DNA of 64,000 nt, from positions 2,049,548-2,113,547 of the forward strand of contig OZ238992.1 in NCBI GenBank assembly GCA_965183885.1. Reading direction: 5' to 3'. This document shows positions 41,397 to 50,585 of the stretch, piece by piece. Positions within the stretch are counted from its first letter, which is position 1; each line of letters begins with the position of its first letter. This DNA is from Flavobacteriales bacterium. Its GTDB lineage: Bacteria > Bacteroidota > Bacteroidia > Flavobacteriales > BACL11. The translations under genes and the position numbers were made by a program. The notes beneath the pieces are model-generated. The model did not search any database. It was given only the letters and a program-made list of their open reading frames with translations, and was not told where the DNA came from.

Positions 41397-42377
41397 ATGA
41401 AAATAGTATTTTTTGGAACTCCTTTTTTTGCAGCTACCAACCTTAAAGCCTTAATTGACAACGGACATGAAATTGTAGCAATAGTTACAGCCCCTGACAG
41501 CAGAAAAGGAAGAGGTAAAAAACTAAAACCTACAGCAGTAAAAGAAATTGGTATTGAATATAACATTCCTGTTTTACAACCTACAAACTTAAAAGATGAA
41601 GGCTTTCGTCAAGCATTAGAAGCTTTAAATGCTGATATTTTTGTTGTTGTAGCTTTTAGAATGTTACCAAAATCTGTTTGGAATTTACCACCTAAAGGAA
41701 CTATTAATCTTCACACCTCTCTTCTGCCAAACTATAGAGGAGCAGCTCCTATTAACTGGGTGCTTATTAACGGTGAAACTCATACAGGTATTACCACCTT
41801 TTTTATTGATAAACAAATTGATTCAGGAGCTATTATTCAGCAAGAAAAAGTAATGCTTAATACCTCAACTACAGCGGCAGAGTTACATAATATACTTATG
41901 AATAATGGAAGTACATTATTGATTAATACTCTAAAAAACATAGAAAAAGAAAATGTAGCTTCTCAAGAGCAGATGCATACTTCAGCAATGAAAGATGCTC
42001 CAAAAATTACTAAAGAGCTTTGTAAAATTAATTGGAATAATTCTGTTGATGAAATACACAATCTTATTAGAGGTCTCTCCCCTTTTATTAATAAAATGCC
42101 TCCATTAAAAGATGTTGCAATTTGCCCATCAGCTTGGTTTGTATTAAAAGATGAAAAAGGTTCAGAAAAAAGAATAAAAGTACAATACAGTAAAGTAGTT
42201 AGTGCTTCAAAAGAAGAGCATTTAAGTATTAACACTGATAATAAAAGCTTCTTTGAAATTACTATAAAAGATAAAGCAATTTCAATATTAAACTTACAAG
42301 CTGAAGGAAAAAATCCTATGACTATTCAGCAGTTTTTACAAGGAAATAAAATTAATGAAAGCTTTAGTATACTATGA
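41397..42377 (+). CDS. fmt: Methionyl-tRNA formyltransferase
   Basis: KIVFFGTP.FA, VVVAFRMLP, INLHTSLLPNYRGAAPINW, IDSG, IRGLSP. Confidence 0.95.
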   Translation: MKIVFFGTPFFAATNLKALIDNGHEIVAIVTAPDSRKGRGKKLKPTAVKEIGIEYNIPVLQPTNLKDEGFRQALEALNADIFVVVAFRMLPKSVWNLPPKGTINLHTSLLPNYRGAAPINWVLINGETHTGITTFFIDKQIDSGAIIQQEKVMLNTSTTAAELHNILMNNGSTLLINTLKNIEKENVASQEQMHTSAMKDAPKITKELCKINWNNSVDEIHNLIRGLSPFINKMPPLKDVAICPSAWFVLKDEKGSEKRIKVQYSKVVSASKEEHLSINTDNKSFFEITIKDKAISILNLQAEGKNPMTIQQFLQGNKINESFSIL

Positions 42378-43060
42378 GTAAGCTAACTCATGATTTAGTA
42401 AATTACCTAAAGAACTTTGTAACTGATGAAAGACGTGATCTTTTTGAAGAAAAGATTCAACAAAGAACAAAACACATAACAGTAGTTTTAGAAAATGTAT
42501 TTCAGGCAAGAAATATTTCAGCATCTATTCGTTCGGCTGATTGTTTTGGAATACAAGATGTACATGTAATAGAAAATGATAACCTATTTGAAGATAATAC
42601 TGAGGTATCAATGGGAGCAACTAAATGGATTAACCTTAAACATTATAACCAAAAAGCACACAATACAGTAGATGCTATAAAAGATTTAAAAGCAAAAGGT
42701 TATCAAATAGTAGCTACTACACCTCATAATACTGATGTTGACTTATACGAATTAGATGTTACAAATAATAAGGTAGCTTTAATTTTTGGAGCAGAAGTAC
42801 TAGGTTGTAGTGAACAAGCTCTTGAACTTGCTGATAAAAGAATGAAAATCCCTATGTATGGTTTTACTGAAAGCTTTAATATTTCTGTTTCAGTATCTTT
42901 GTGTTTACAGCACCTTACTTATAAATTAAGAGCTGCTGCTTTTGATTACAGGATGACCGAAAACGAAAGAAATGAGGTATTATTAAAATGGTTAAGAAAG
43001 AGTATAAAATCATCTGCTCAAATTGAGGAACAATTCTTAGAAAAATATGATAAAAAATAA
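42374..43060 (+). CDS. TrmH/SpoU family RNA methyltransferase
   Basis: VVLENV..ARN.SA..RSADCFG, FGAEVLG, IPMYGFTESFNISVS. Confidence 0.9.
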   Translation: MSKLTHDLVNYLKNFVTDERRDLFEEKIQQRTKHITVVLENVFQARNISASIRSADCFGIQDVHVIENDNLFEDNTEVSMGATKWINLKHYNQKAHNTVDAIKDLKAKGYQIVATTPHNTDVDLYELDVTNNKVALIFGAEVLGCSEQALELADKRMKIPMYGFTESFNISVSVSLCLQHLTYKLRAAAFDYRMTENERNEVLLKWLRKSIKSSAQIEEQFLEKYDKK

Positions 43061-43090
43061 TTCTTATATTTGACAAAAAATATTTGAATT

Positions 43091-43321
43091 ATGGGAAGAG
43101 GAGATAGAAAATCAAGAAAAGGAAAAATCTTTAAAGGATCATATGGAAATACAAGACCTAAAAAGGTAGCTACTGAAGTTTATGTTGCTAAACCAAAAAA
43201 AGTAGAAGAGAAAAAAGAAAAAGTAGTTAAAAAAGCAACTGTTAAGAAAACTGCTGCCAAAAAGAAGTCTGCTGCTAAAAAAGCAACTACTAAGAAGAAA
43301 ACTACAACAAAAAAAGCTTAA
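43091..43321 (+). CDS. 30S ribosomal protein THX (bS31) with long Lys/Ala/Thr-rich tail
   Basis: MGRGDRKSRKGKIFKGSYGNTRPKK is the THX core. Confidence 0.85.
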   Translation: MGRGDRKSRKGKIFKGSYGNTRPKKVATEVYVAKPKKVEEKKEKVVKKATVKKTAAKKKSAAKKATTKKKTTTKKA

Positions 43322-43340
43322 AGTTTAGTTATATTTTAGG

Positions 43341-43979
43341 TTAAGGAGCTAACCTTTTAGCTTCCCAGGTTCCGTCTTGGTTAATTTCATAAACTAACCT
43401 ATCGTGCAATCTTGAAGGTCTTCCTTGCCAAAATTCTACAGTTTTAGGACTTATGCAATAGCCTCCCCAATGTAATGGCCTTTCAACTTCTTCACCTTTA
43501 AACTTACTTTCAATTTTATTTAAGGTATCCATAAAATTGTAATACATATTTATTGCCTTACTCTGATCTGATACCCAAGCTCCCATCTGACTCTCTCTTG
43601 GTCTACTTTTAAAATAAGCATCAGAGTCTGCAGCTGATATCCTTTCAGCAGTACCTACAATTCTTACTTGTCGCTCTAACTCAGGCCAATAAAAATTAAG
43701 TGCAACATTATTATTATGCTCAATATCGGCAGCCTTATTACTTGAATAATTAGTAAAAAATGTAAACCCATTTTCATTAACTGCCTTTAGCAACACTACT
43801 CTTGATGCTGGAATACTTTCTAATGAAACAGTAGATAAGACACAAGCATTTGCTTCATCTTTATTCACTGCTAAAGCATCTGAAAACCACTTTAAAAAAT
43901 AATCAATCGGATTATCAGATATATTACTAAAGTCAATTTTTGACTTCTTATAATTTAATCTTATATTTTTAATATTCAT
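43341..43979 (-). CDS. pdxH: Pyridoxamine 5'-phosphate oxidase
   Basis: SRVVLLK, FFTNY.S.K, FYWPELERQVR, YFKSRPRESQ.GAW.S, WGGY, EFWQGRPSRLHDR. Confidence 0.95.
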   Translation of the reverse strand: MNIKNIRLNYKKSKIDFSNISDNPIDYFLKWFSDALAVNKDEANACVLSTVSLESIPASRVVLLKAVNENGFTFFTNYSSNKAADIEHNNNVALNFYWPELERQVRIVGTAERISAADSDAYFKSRPRESQMGAWVSDQSKAINMYYNFMDTLNKIESKFKGEEVERPLHWGGYCISPKTVEFWQGRPSRLHDRLVYEINQDGTWEAKRLAP

Positions 43980-44037
43980 AGGTACTCTTTATTTACAATC
44001 CTTATATTTACAAAAGTTTAACAAAGATATTTTATTT

Positions 44038-44589
44038 ATGTTGAAAGCAAAAAAAGGAAGAGTATTAATTTCTGACCCTTCATTAAAAGACCCCGTATTT
44101 TTTAAGAGTGTAGTGCTGCTTACTCATCATAACAATGATGAAACTATAGGTTTAGTATTAAATAACCCAACAAAAATAAAACTAAACGATATCTTGGAAA
44201 ACGTTTCCTCAAGTGATTTTCTAATCTATTTAGGAGGGCCTGTAGAAAAAAACACAATACAGTTTTTACATACACTAGGAGACACTATACCTGAATCAAA
44301 ACAAATACTAGAAGGGCTATATTGGGGAGGAAATTTTGATGTTGTACTTGAACTTATTAACAGTAATAAAATTAGTAATAATCAGATTCGATTTTTTGCT
44401 GGTTATTCAGGGTGGGGTATTGAGCAACTAAACAATGAAATAAGAGAAGATTCATGGCTTGTACAAAGAAGTACAAAAGAAGTTTGCATGCAATATTCTA
44501 ATGCTAAACTTTGGAGTGATATTATAAAAAAACAATCAGGAAAATATGCTATATGGGCCAACTTACCTAAAGACCCAAGCTTAAATTAA
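44038..44589 (+). CDS. YqgE/AlgH family protein
   Basis: FFKSVVLL, GLVLN, YLGGPV, RFFAGYSGWG.EQL..E. Confidence 0.9.
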   Translation: MLKAKKGRVLISDPSLKDPVFFKSVVLLTHHNNDETIGLVLNNPTKIKLNDILENVSSSDFLIYLGGPVEKNTIQFLHTLGDTIPESKQILEGLYWGGNFDVVLELINSNKISNNQIRFFAGYSGWGIEQLNNEIREDSWLVQRSTKEVCMQYSNAKLWSDIIKKQSGKYAIWANLPKDPSLN

Positions 44590-45391
44590 TCAGCTCTTGC
44601 TGTAAAGCTTCTCCTCTATCAAAAGTAAATCCTTTAAAAGTATTCTCATCTTTTATTGACTCTATTGATGTTATACCACTAATAGCATTAGTAACAAATA
44701 CTTCATCAGCCAGCATAAGGTCATTAATATTTAGAGTCCTCTCCTTAATATTCTTATCTAAACTTAATAAGAGGTTACGCATTGTTCCTGCAACACAACC
44801 ATCACTAATTGGTGGAGTAATTACTACATCATCTTTAACAATAAACAAATTAGAGTTACTTGTTTCTATAACATCAAAGTTACTATTAAATAATATAGAG
44901 TTATCTATTTTCTTCTCTCTTGCATATATCGCTCCTAAAACTGAAACCAAAGCATTAGAAGATTTAATATTAGATAAGCTTCCTTTTGCCTTTAATTGCT
45001 CCCTGTAAGCACAAAGCTTTATTGGTGTATTATGTGTAAATCCAGTATCCAATTCTTCTATTGTAATTAATACATTTACAGCTGAACTATCAGGTAGATA
45101 CTTTCCTACTCCACCCCTGCTCAATTTTATTTTAGCATTAGCATTTTGTATCTTATTAAGTGTAATTAATTTATCTAAAATTATCCTTAAATCATCTTTA
45201 AAAGGAATTATCCTTAACACCTTAAAAGCTAAATCTATTCTTTTAAGGTGAGCACTTAAGTTAAAAACAGTAGCATTTATTATCCTAACAGATTCAAAAA
45301 AACCATCTCCATAGTTAAAAGCCCTATCTGTACCTTTAATACATAAATCCTCTTTATTTATAAATTGTGAATTATAATAAATTACTGACAC
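44567..45391 (-). CDS. Class IV aminotransferase (PabC/IlvE-like)
   Basis: RAFNYGDGFFES, HLKR, IKSSNAL, ETSNSNLF, TPP..GCVAG.MR, EVFVTNA. Confidence 0.88.
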   Translation of the reverse strand: MSVIYYNSQFINKEDLCIKGTDRAFNYGDGFFESVRIINATVFNLSAHLKRIDLAFKVLRIIPFKDDLRIILDKLITLNKIQNANAKIKLSRGGVGKYLPDSSAVNVLITIEELDTGFTHNTPIKLCAYREQLKAKGSLSNIKSSNALVSVLGAIYAREKKIDNSILFNSNFDVIETSNSNLFIVKDDVVITPPISDGCVAGTMRNLLLSLDKNIKERTLNINDLMLADEVFVTNAISGITSIESIKDENTFKGFTFDRGEALQQELINLSLGL

Positions 45392-45441
45392 TTAAAAATT
45401 GCTTATTATTTGTAAATTGCGAACCTACATAAAAATACTCT

Positions 45442-48279
45442 ATGAATAAAATTTTACTCTTAGCTTTTATACTCCTATATAATCTTAGTTTCGGACAAAC
45501 AAATATACAAGGTATTGTAAGTGATGGACTAACAAAAGAAACCTTAATTGGAGCTAATGTTATTGTTAAAGGAGAAAACACTGGTACTTCTACTAATTTT
45601 AATGGGCAATACTCATTAACGATTAATAAAGAACTTCCTATAACTTTAGAGCTTTCTTTTTTAGGATATAAAACCATTGAAGTTGTTATTAAAAATAATA
45701 GACCTAAACCTATTTTACTATTCCCTGACAGTAAAAGTTTAAAAGAAGTAAAAATAATTGATTCTAGAATCACAGAAAAACAAAAAGAAGCTGCTCTTAC
45801 TGTTGAAGCTCTAGATATAATTGCTATTAAAGAAACTCCATCAGCAAACTTTTATGATGGACTAGGTGCGCTAAAAGGTGTAGATATTACTGCTGCTAGT
45901 TTAGGGTTTAAAGTAATTAATACCAGAGGGTTTAATAGTACTTCTCCTGTAAGATCATTACAAATAATTGATGGAGTAGATAATCAATCCCCTGGACTAA
46001 ATTTTTCATTAGGAAATTTTCTAGGATCATCGGAACTTGATATTATGAAAGTTGAAATAATACAAGGTGCCAGTTCAGCTTATTACGGACCAAATGCTTT
46101 TAATGGAGTAATTAGTATGACCAGTAGAAATCCTTTTATGCAGCCTGGATTAGCTATACAATATAAATTTGGAGAAAGAGAACTTTTTGAAAATTCTATT
46201 CGCTTTGCAGAAGTAGTAAAAGATAAAGAAGGAAATAACCTTTTTGCTTATAAAATTAATGTCTCTTACATGAAAGCTCATGATTGGGAGGCTGATAATA
46301 TGGCTGCTGTTGATGGCACTACTCCAGCAAGTAACCCTGGAGGCTATGATGCTATAAATAGATATGGTGATGAAGATACAGATGGTAGTTTAAATGATGT
46401 TTCTAATAATTTTAATCTAAATTATTTTGATTTCCCTGGTTTAGGAAAGTTTCACCGTACCGGTTATATGGAAAAGGATATCGTAGATTACAATACTGAG
46501 AATCTAAAAGCTCAAACTTCACTTCATTATATGTTAAATGAAAAAACTGAGGTTATCTATGGTCTAAATTATAGCACAGGAACAACTGTTTATCAAGGTG
46601 ATAATAGAATTAGCCTAAAAAACATTGAGTTTGTACAACATAAATTTGAAGTAGTACAAAAAGATAAATTCTTTATTAGAGCCTACCGAACTAAGGAAGA
46701 TGCTGGAGATTCTTATGATGCTGTATTTACTGCACTAAAGCTACAAGAATATAATACTATTTCTAATCAAGACTGGTACACAGCATATAAAAACAATTGG
46801 AGAGATAATTTTTCGTGGGGAAATGTAAATTGGTCCAAACCTGACCTAGTATTTAACCCTATTACATTCCAGACAGAATATTACTTTAATGGTAACCCTA
46901 TTGATATATTGGATTGGATGAGTATGAGTGATTCTGTTATTAACTCAAATGCTGAGCAAATTATAGCAACACATAAAAATGTAAGAGATTTAACTGATTT
47001 TGAAACAAACAGGCTAGAACCAGGAACTGATGCATTTAATGATGCCCTAGAAGATATCACTTCAAAAGTATCATACTTAGAAGGTGGAACAGGATTCTAT
47101 GATAAATCATCACTAAACCATATTCATTCAGAGTATCAATTTAACCCAGAATTTGCAACGATTAAAATTGGAGCAAACTTCAGGCAATATACTCCTGATA
47201 CTAAAGGAAGTTTATTTATGGATACTGCAAGTAAAATTGTAAACAATGAAGCTGGTTTATATTCTGGTTTTGAAACAGATTTATTTGGAGAGGTATTAAA
47301 AATAAGTGCTACCCTTAGAGCAGATAAAAATGAAAATTTTGATTTAAACTTCTCCCCTGCTACTTCTTTAGTTTATAAACCAACTGAAAAGGATGTAATT
47401 AGACTATCTTTTTCTTCTGCTATTCGTAACCCAACATTATCTGACCAATACTTATTTTATAATGTTGGGAGAGCTATACTTATTGGAAACCTTAATGGGC
47501 ATGGTACTGATTATGGTGAGAATTTAGTTACTGTTGAATCATTAATAAATTATTATCTTCCTGCTCAACAATCAAAAGATAGTTTAATTTTTTTTAGTGT
47601 AGACCCTATACAACCTGAAAAAGCTAAATCATTTGAAATAGGATATAGAAGTACATTCTTCAACAAACTTTATCTTGATGCCAACTATTACTACTCAGAA
47701 TATACTGATTTTATTGGTTATAAAATAGGTGTCAAATATGACACCATTGGAAATGATAACCCTGATGCTTATGAAATATCATTGCAATCATTACAAGCTT
47801 ACCGTATGGCTGCAAATGCTAAAAACACGGTAACTACTCAAGGTGCATCTATTGGACTTAACTATTATATAAACCCTACATTTACCCTGAATGCTAATTA
47901 TTCTTGGAATAAATTAAATGAAGAAGGAACAGAAGACCCAATTATCCCTGCATACAATACTCCTGAACATAAATATAATTTAGGGCTTGTGGGAAGGGAT
48001 CTGAATTTTTCTAATACAAAACTATATTTAAGAGATTTTGGGTTTAGTATTAATTATAAATGGGTTGAAGGATTTAAATACGAAGGATCTCCTCAATTTA
48101 CTGGTAATGTGCCTACATACGATTTAATTGATGTTCAGGTTAGTAAAAAACTAACTGAATTAAATGCTACTATTAAATTAGGATCATCTAACATATTAAA
48201 TAATATGCACTATGAAGTTTATGGAGGTCCTTATATTGGTAGGATGACCTATTGCTCAATATTATTTGAACTAAATTAA
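45442..48279 (+). CDS. TonB-dependent receptor
   Basis: CarboxypepD_reg-like N-terminus, plug LKGVD...SLGFKVINTRGF...QIIDGVDN, C-terminal GGPYIGRMTYCSILFEL. Confidence 0.92.
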   Translation: MNKILLLAFILLYNLSFGQTNIQGIVSDGLTKETLIGANVIVKGENTGTSTNFNGQYSLTINKELPITLELSFLGYKTIEVVIKNNRPKPILLFPDSKSLKEVKIIDSRITEKQKEAALTVEALDIIAIKETPSANFYDGLGALKGVDITAASLGFKVINTRGFNSTSPVRSLQIIDGVDNQSPGLNFSLGNFLGSSELDIMKVEIIQGASSAYYGPNAFNGVISMTSRNPFMQPGLAIQYKFGERELFENSIRFAEVVKDKEGNNLFAYKINVSYMKAHDWEADNMAAVDGTTPASNPGGYDAINRYGDEDTDGSLNDVSNNFNLNYFDFPGLGKFHRTGYMEKDIVDYNTENLKAQTSLHYMLNEKTEVIYGLNYSTGTTVYQGDNRISLKNIEFVQHKFEVVQKDKFFIRAYRTKEDAGDSYDAVFTALKLQEYNTISNQDWYTAYKNNWRDNFSWGNVNWSKPDLVFNPITFQTEYYFNGNPIDILDWMSMSDSVINSNAEQIIATHKNVRDLTDFETNRLEPGTDAFNDALEDITSKVSYLEGGTGFYDKSSLNHIHSEYQFNPEFATIKIGANFRQYTPDTKGSLFMDTASKIVNNEAGLYSGFETDLFGEVLKISATLRADKNENFDLNFSPATSLVYKPTEKDVIRLSFSSAIRNPTLSDQYLFYNVGRAILIGNLNGHGTDYGENLVTVESLINYYLPAQQSKDSLIFFSVDPIQPEKAKSFEIGYRSTFFNKLYLDANYYYSEYTDFIGYKIGVKYDTIGNDNPDAYEISLQSLQAYRMAANAKNTVTTQGASIGLNYYINPTFTLNANYSWNKLNEEGTEDPIIPAYNTPEHKYNLGLVGRDLNFSNTKLYLRDFGFSINYKWVEGFKYEGSPQFTGNVPTYDLIDVQVSKKLTELNATIKLGSSNILNNMHYEVYGGPYIGRMTYCSILFELN

Positions 48280-48321
48280 ATTTTGTATTATTGTAACATA
48301 TTAATAATAAAAAAAATAGAT

Positions 48322-49911
48322 ATGAAAAAAACTTTACAAGCAACACTTTTTGTTTCCTTAGCATTATTGGGTTTTACATCAAGTGCACAAGATAGATATC
48401 TTGACGATGTATTTACAGATGTAACTGTTACTACAGAACAGTACGCAACAAATATTAGCATTTTACCAATGCTACAAAACTTGCCTCCTGCTCCAGCAAA
48501 CTTAAATTGTGATATATATGAACCAACAGGAGATAGTTTAACAAACCGTCCTGTAATTATTGTTACTCATACAGGTAGTTTTTTACCTCCAGTAATTAAT
48601 GGTCAAGCTACAGGATCAAGAACTGATTCTTCAATAGTTCAACAATGTATGAGATGGGCAAGAAAAGGTTATGTTGCCGTTGCTATGGATAACCGTTTAG
48701 GATGGAATCCTAGCTCAAGTGATCAAAATGTAAGAACATCTACTCTTTTACAAGCAGCATATAGAGGAATACAAGATGCAAAAGCTATGGTTAGATATAT
48801 GAGAATGACTGAAGCTACAGGAAACTCATACGGAATTGATCCTAATAAAATTGTTTTAGGAGGTCAAGGAACAGGTGCTTATATTTCTTTAGGATATGCT
48901 ACTCTTGACACTACATCAGAGTTATACCTTCCTAAATTCTTAGATTTTACAGACCCTACTGCTCCAACTCCATATGTTTACCCTCCAGTATTTGGTAATA
49001 TTGATGGAACAGATTCAACTTATGCTCCTATTTATGATACTTTAGGAAATATTGTAGGAAGTATGTTATTTAATATCCCAAATAACCCTTCATATAGTAA
49101 TGATATTAATTTAGCATTTAACTTAGGAGGTGCTCTTGCTGATATCTCTTGGCTTGAAGCTGGTGATGTACCAATGGTTTCTTTCCATTGTGAAAATGAT
49201 CCTTATGCTCCTTTAGATACTGGTGATGTAATTGTACCTACTACAGGAGATTTTGTTGTTGAAGTTATGGGTAGTAGAACAGTACAACATTATGCAAATT
49301 CTTTTGGTAATAATGATATTTTTGTTCAAGCAGGGTTTACTGATGCCTTTACAAATGCTGCTAATGTAAATAATGATGGATATGAAGGTTTCTATAAGTT
49401 TATTACTCCTGCTCCATCTACTACTCCAACACCAGTTGGTTTAGAAGAAGAACAAGGGTCTCCTTGGGACTGGTGGGATAATGCAACTTATGATCCTGCT
49501 TTTGCAGCTTATCATGGAGTTCCAGCTGGTACAGGTGCAGCATTATCATTATTAGGTAACCCTGATATGTCATCTCAAAAAGGAAACACTTACCTTGATA
49601 CTATTCAAGGGTATTTAAACCCTAGGATTTATATAGCTCTTGGTTTAGGAAGCACTTCAGCTATTAATGATGTTATTGAATCATCAACTGAGATATACCC
49701 TAACCCTGCAAGCAATAAAGTTAATGTGGTTAGTTATGCTGTAGGAATCAATACTATTGAAGTATATAACCTAAGAGGACAATTAGTATTACGTAAAGAA
49801 GTAAACGCTAATACTATTTCTTTAAATACTTCTAATTTAGAAACAGGATTATATATCATGAATATAAAATCAGATAATACTTCTATTAAAAGAAAGCTTA
49901 TTATTAGATAA
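48322..49911 (+). CDS. T9SS type A-secreted alpha/beta-hydrolase-fold protein (catalytic Ser apparently absent)
   Basis: DIYEPTGD...RPVII.THTGSF, GYVAVAMDNRL, QDAKAMVRY, GIDPNKIVLGGQGTGA; CTD IYPNPA...VYNLRGQLV...GLYIM; ATG at 48322. Confidence 0.85.
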   Translation: MKKTLQATLFVSLALLGFTSSAQDRYLDDVFTDVTVTTEQYATNISILPMLQNLPPAPANLNCDIYEPTGDSLTNRPVIIVTHTGSFLPPVINGQATGSRTDSSIVQQCMRWARKGYVAVAMDNRLGWNPSSSDQNVRTSTLLQAAYRGIQDAKAMVRYMRMTEATGNSYGIDPNKIVLGGQGTGAYISLGYATLDTTSELYLPKFLDFTDPTAPTPYVYPPVFGNIDGTDSTYAPIYDTLGNIVGSMLFNIPNNPSYSNDINLAFNLGGALADISWLEAGDVPMVSFHCENDPYAPLDTGDVIVPTTGDFVVEVMGSRTVQHYANSFGNNDIFVQAGFTDAFTNAANVNNDGYEGFYKFITPAPSTTPTPVGLEEEQGSPWDWWDNATYDPAFAAYHGVPAGTGAALSLLGNPDMSSQKGNTYLDTIQGYLNPRIYIALGLGSTSAINDVIESSTEIYPNPASNKVNVVSYAVGINTIEVYNLRGQLVLRKEVNANTISLNTSNLETGLYIMNIKSDNTSIKRKLIIR

Positions 49912-49930
49912 TAATTATTCTAAAAAAATT

Positions 49931-49964
49931 AAAAAAAGGAGAAGCAATTGCTTCTCCTTTTTTT
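49931..49964 (+). terminator. Intrinsic terminator (perfect palindrome)
   Basis: AAAAAAAGGAGAAGCAATTGCTTCTCCTTTTTTT. Confidence 0.9.
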
Positions 49965-50038
49965 ATAACTCTTCTATTTTAATACTATAGCTACTGCTTT
50001 AAAATAATAAGTGTTAACAATTCATTAAACTGTATTTT

Positions 50039-50052
50039 ATGACATATGTCAT
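50039..50052. promoter_or_regulatory. Palindromic operator ATGAC-ATAT-GTCAT upstream of doxX
   Basis: Perfect 14-bp palindrome 7 nt upstream of the TATATTTG -7 element (50060-50067). Confidence 0.6.
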
Positions 50053-50092
50053 ATTTTTATATATTTGCAGTATTAACCTAAAAAACTAAACT

Positions 50093-50476
50093 ATGGAAGC
50101 TACATTCGTATTAATATGTCAGATAATAATTGCTATAATATTTATTTTAGCTGGATTTTTAAAATTAACCAATAGTAGAGAAAGCTTATTAAAGAAAGTA
50201 AGTTGGGCTGAAGATTATAATATACAAACAATTAGATTTATTGGGGTATTAGAATTACTAGGAGGATTAGGAGTAATACTTCCTTTTGCATTTGGAGCTT
50301 ACTTATGGTTAGTTCCTATGGCTTGTATGGGATTAGCTATGGTTATGTCAGGAGCTATAGTTGTACATATTGGTAGAGAGGAATTTAACCATGTAATGGT
50401 AAACTTATTTATTTTATTTATGTCAGCAGGTGTTAGTTTTTACCGTTTATTAGAGTTAAACCTTGCCTGGTTATAA
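50093..50476 (+). CDS. DoxX family membrane protein
   Basis: FILAGFLKL, RFIGVLELLGGLG, ACMGLAMVM.GA..VHIGREE. Confidence 0.85.
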   Translation: MEATFVLICQIIIAIIFILAGFLKLTNSRESLLKKVSWAEDYNIQTIRFIGVLELLGGLGVILPFAFGAYLWLVPMACMGLAMVMSGAIVVHIGREEFNHVMVNLFILFMSAGVSFYRLLELNLAWL

Positions 50477-50501
50477 AAAAACTCATTAAATAGCTTAAAA
50501 T

Positions 50502-50531
50502 AAAAAAAACTGACATTTGTCGGTTTTTTTT
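50502..50531 (+). terminator. Probable terminator after doxX
   Basis: A8-CTGAC-ATTT-GTCGG-T8. Confidence 0.6.
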
Positions 50532-50537
50532 ATTTCT

Positions 50538-50551
50538 ATGATATATATCAC
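50538..50551. promoter_or_regulatory. FNR-type box, moeA promoter
   Basis: ATGAT-ATAT-ATCAC, 22 nt upstream of TACTTTTG (50574-50581). Confidence 0.75.
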
Positions 50552-50585
50552 TATTTTGCATATCTGATAAGAGTACTTTTGTCAT

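Noticed and set aside
50510-50523. CTGAC-ATTT-GTCGG as another regulator box
   Set aside because: It is flanked by A8/T8 tracts right after doxX and is better explained as a terminator; a dual role cannot be excluded.
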